DNA of 64,000 nt, from NCBI GenBank assembly GCA_963663765.2, contig CAXXUA010000015.1, forward strand, positions 32,001 through 96,000, read 5' to 3'. Shown here piece after piece: positions 62,066 to 64,000 of this stretch (the first letter of the stretch is position 1; each line of letters opens with the position of its first letter). The stretch comes from Candidatus Poribacteria bacterium (GTDB lineage: Bacteria > Poribacteria > WGA-4E > WGA-3G). Below the pieces are notes generated by a model, which was not told where the DNA came from, searched no databases, and saw only the letters and a list, made by a program, of their open reading frames with translations. The position numbers and the translations under genes were made by a program.

Positions 62066-63355
62066 ATGAAAGTTGCTTATATAACAGCTGGGGCTGCAGG
62101 CATGTATTGCGGTACCTGCATCCATGACAACACTGTCGCATCCGTTCTCAAAAAACAGGGGCATAATGTTGACCTAATTCCTACATATACGCCTACACGG
62201 ACGGACGAAGAAAATGTAAGTTTAAATCGGGTATTTTATGGGGGGATTAACGTATATCTTCAACAAAAGATTTCGCTGTTTCGTCATACACCTTGGACAT
62301 TAGATAGAATGTTGGACAGTCCGAGTTTGCTTAATGGATTGACTCGTTTCAGTTCCTCTACTGATGCACGGGATTTAGGTGAATTGACAGTCTCAATGTT
62401 ACGTGCGGAGGAAGGTTATCAAAAGAAGGAATTGTCGAAATTAGTCAAATGGCTGAAAGAACACGACAGACCGGATATCGTATATTTAACGAATTCCATG
62501 CTACTTGGTATGGCAAGAGAAATTAAGAAAGCATTGAATGTACCTGTCGTCTGTGCATTGCAAGGTGAGGACATATTTCTAAGAGGTTTGATTGAACCAT
62601 ACAAAGCAACAGCTCTATCACTGCTTGCAGAACGCGCTTCTGATGCAGATGGATTTGTCGCGCCTTGTAATTACTATGCACAATTCATGGCAGAGGCGTA
62701 CCTGAAAGTACCCGTTGATACGATTCACATTGTTCCACTCGGTTTGAAATTAGAGGGGCATGGAAATGTGATAGATAAACCGGGACCGCCACCTTTCATC
62801 ATAGGGTATTTAGCGCGTATTTGCCCTGAAAAAGGATTACATTTATTGGTAAACGCTTTTTATACATTGACAAAGGAGTTAGGAACAGATAATGTTGAAC
62901 TTCATGTCGCAGGTTATCTTGGTAAGAAGGATGAACCCTATTTTGAGGAGTTGGTTAATCAGATTCACGCATGGGGTTTATCAGATAGTTTTGTACATCA
63001 CGGAGAAGTCACACGATCTGAAAAGATTGATTTTCTTAATCGTCTACATGTATTTTCTGTTCCTACAGTTTACCGTGAATCAAAAGGATTATCCATTTTA
63101 GAAGCACTTGCGAATGGGGTGCCAGTCGTTCAACCAAAACATGGCTCATTTCCAGAAATGATTAAAGCCACCGAGGGAGGTATTTTAGTGGATCCAGAAT
63201 CCGTTGGTGCATTGGCTGAAGGAATACTCCAACTCTATAGAGATTCTGAAAGACGAAGACACTTGGGCAAAACAGGTAAGGCAAATGTTCATCAAAAGTT
63301 AAGCGATAAACAGATCGCACGACAGTTATTGGATGTTTTTGAACAGTATATATAG
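62066..63355 (+). CDS. GT4 family glycosyltransferase
   Basis: GMYCGTC, LARICPEKG, ESKGL..LEA...GVPVV....G.FPE. Confidence 0.9.
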   Translation: MKVAYITAGAAGMYCGTCIHDNTVASVLKKQGHNVDLIPTYTPTRTDEENVSLNRVFYGGINVYLQQKISLFRHTPWTLDRMLDSPSLLNGLTRFSSSTDARDLGELTVSMLRAEEGYQKKELSKLVKWLKEHDRPDIVYLTNSMLLGMAREIKKALNVPVVCALQGEDIFLRGLIEPYKATALSLLAERASDADGFVAPCNYYAQFMAEAYLKVPVDTIHIVPLGLKLEGHGNVIDKPGPPPFIIGYLARICPEKGLHLLVNAFYTLTKELGTDNVELHVAGYLGKKDEPYFEELVNQIHAWGLSDSFVHHGEVTRSEKIDFLNRLHVFSVPTVYRESKGLSILEALANGVPVVQPKHGSFPEMIKATEGGILVDPESVGALAEGILQLYRDSERRRHLGKTGKANVHQKLSDKQIARQLLDVFEQYI

Positions 63356-63454
63356 AAATCGGATATATATTGTTATTCGGTTTTAAGGTCTTTTCATACG
63401 AAATTATAGACCTTTAATAGGTTTCTGGAGAATTTAAAACGGAGGTGAGAATTA

Positions 63455-63976
63455 ATGGTAAAAACATGGATCATATTTGTTGTATTAACTGTTTCTGCAT
63501 GGGGACTATACGGTGTTTTGCTTCATAAAGGGATAAATGCTATGACAGATACTACAGTGGATGCTGATGAGGATGCAGCCCCAAGACGTTATAAATCGTT
63601 TCTATTTGTTGGTATTGCGTATCTTTTGGTAGCAGTAATCGGTTCCGCGGTGATGCTTTACTTCACAGGAGCTGAATGGACGTTTACTGGACAAGGAGTA
63701 AAATGGTCATTCCTTGCTGGGGTTGTTGGAGCAGTCGGTGCGTTTGGTGTATTACTTGCGTTTGGTGCTAATGGCAAACCTGCTGTTGTCATGTCTATCG
63801 TTTTCGCTGGTGCTCCGATTGTGAATGCTGTCGTTGCGATCCTGTCGCATCCACCCAAAGGTGGTTGGGGTGCGGTTCGTTGGCAATTTGTTTTAGGTAT
63901 ATTGCTTGCAGCAACCGGTGGATGTTTAGTAACATTTTTCAGACCTGGAGCAAACCCTCCTGGTACATCGCCATAG
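63455..63976 (+). CDS. hypothetical membrane protein (DMT/EamA-like)
   Basis: GGAGG RBS, 5 TM segments, WGLYG, VMSIVFAGAPIVN. Confidence 0.7.
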   Translation: MVKTWIIFVVLTVSAWGLYGVLLHKGINAMTDTTVDADEDAAPRRYKSFLFVGIAYLLVAVIGSAVMLYFTGAEWTFTGQGVKWSFLAGVVGAVGAFGVLLAFGANGKPAVVMSIVFAGAPIVNAVVAILSHPPKGGWGAVRWQFVLGILLAATGGCLVTFFRPGANPPGTSP

Positions 63977-64000
63977 AAAGGTCTCATCTCAGGTATTTAA

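Noticed and set aside
1-64000. tRNA, rRNA or riboswitch genes
   Set aside because: None recognisable by eye; tRNAscan-SE and Infernal would be needed to exclude them

Overview
AT-rich bacterial chromosomal window, probably from Candidatus Poribacteria or a similar sponge/marine lineage. This is inferred from a LamG protein with a C-terminal V.PK.KL.T.WG.IK tail, a PorV-like barrel, LRR and WD40 lipoproteins, a sulfatase and many transporters. About 50 mostly metabolic or transport genes are present; I saw no rRNA, tRNA or CRISPR array. Three larger mobile elements are present: a TnpB-only IS1341-type element (418-1839) whose right end supplies the host gene's stop codon, an IS5-family element splitting an LRR lipoprotein gene, and an ISKra4/ISLre2-like IS with a 9-bp TSD. 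Most long intergenic regions contain nested non-autonomous elements: family A (CAGGACTTACGCA TIRs, mostly 5-bp TSD), family B (CAGGGTTATTCAGTTTT TIRs, 9-bp TSD), MITEs sharing TIRs with the ISKra4-like IS, and GTAG REP-like palindromes. The two most unusual signals are (i) a ~35-nt hairpin mini-element (GGGGAATGCC-loop-GGCATTCATACCGTTGATTT) that inserts without TSD into other repeats and into itself in Russian-doll fashion, with filled and empty sites both visible, and (ii) a non-coding array of six ~125-bp repeats next to an orphan HTH gene resembling a phage small terminase.
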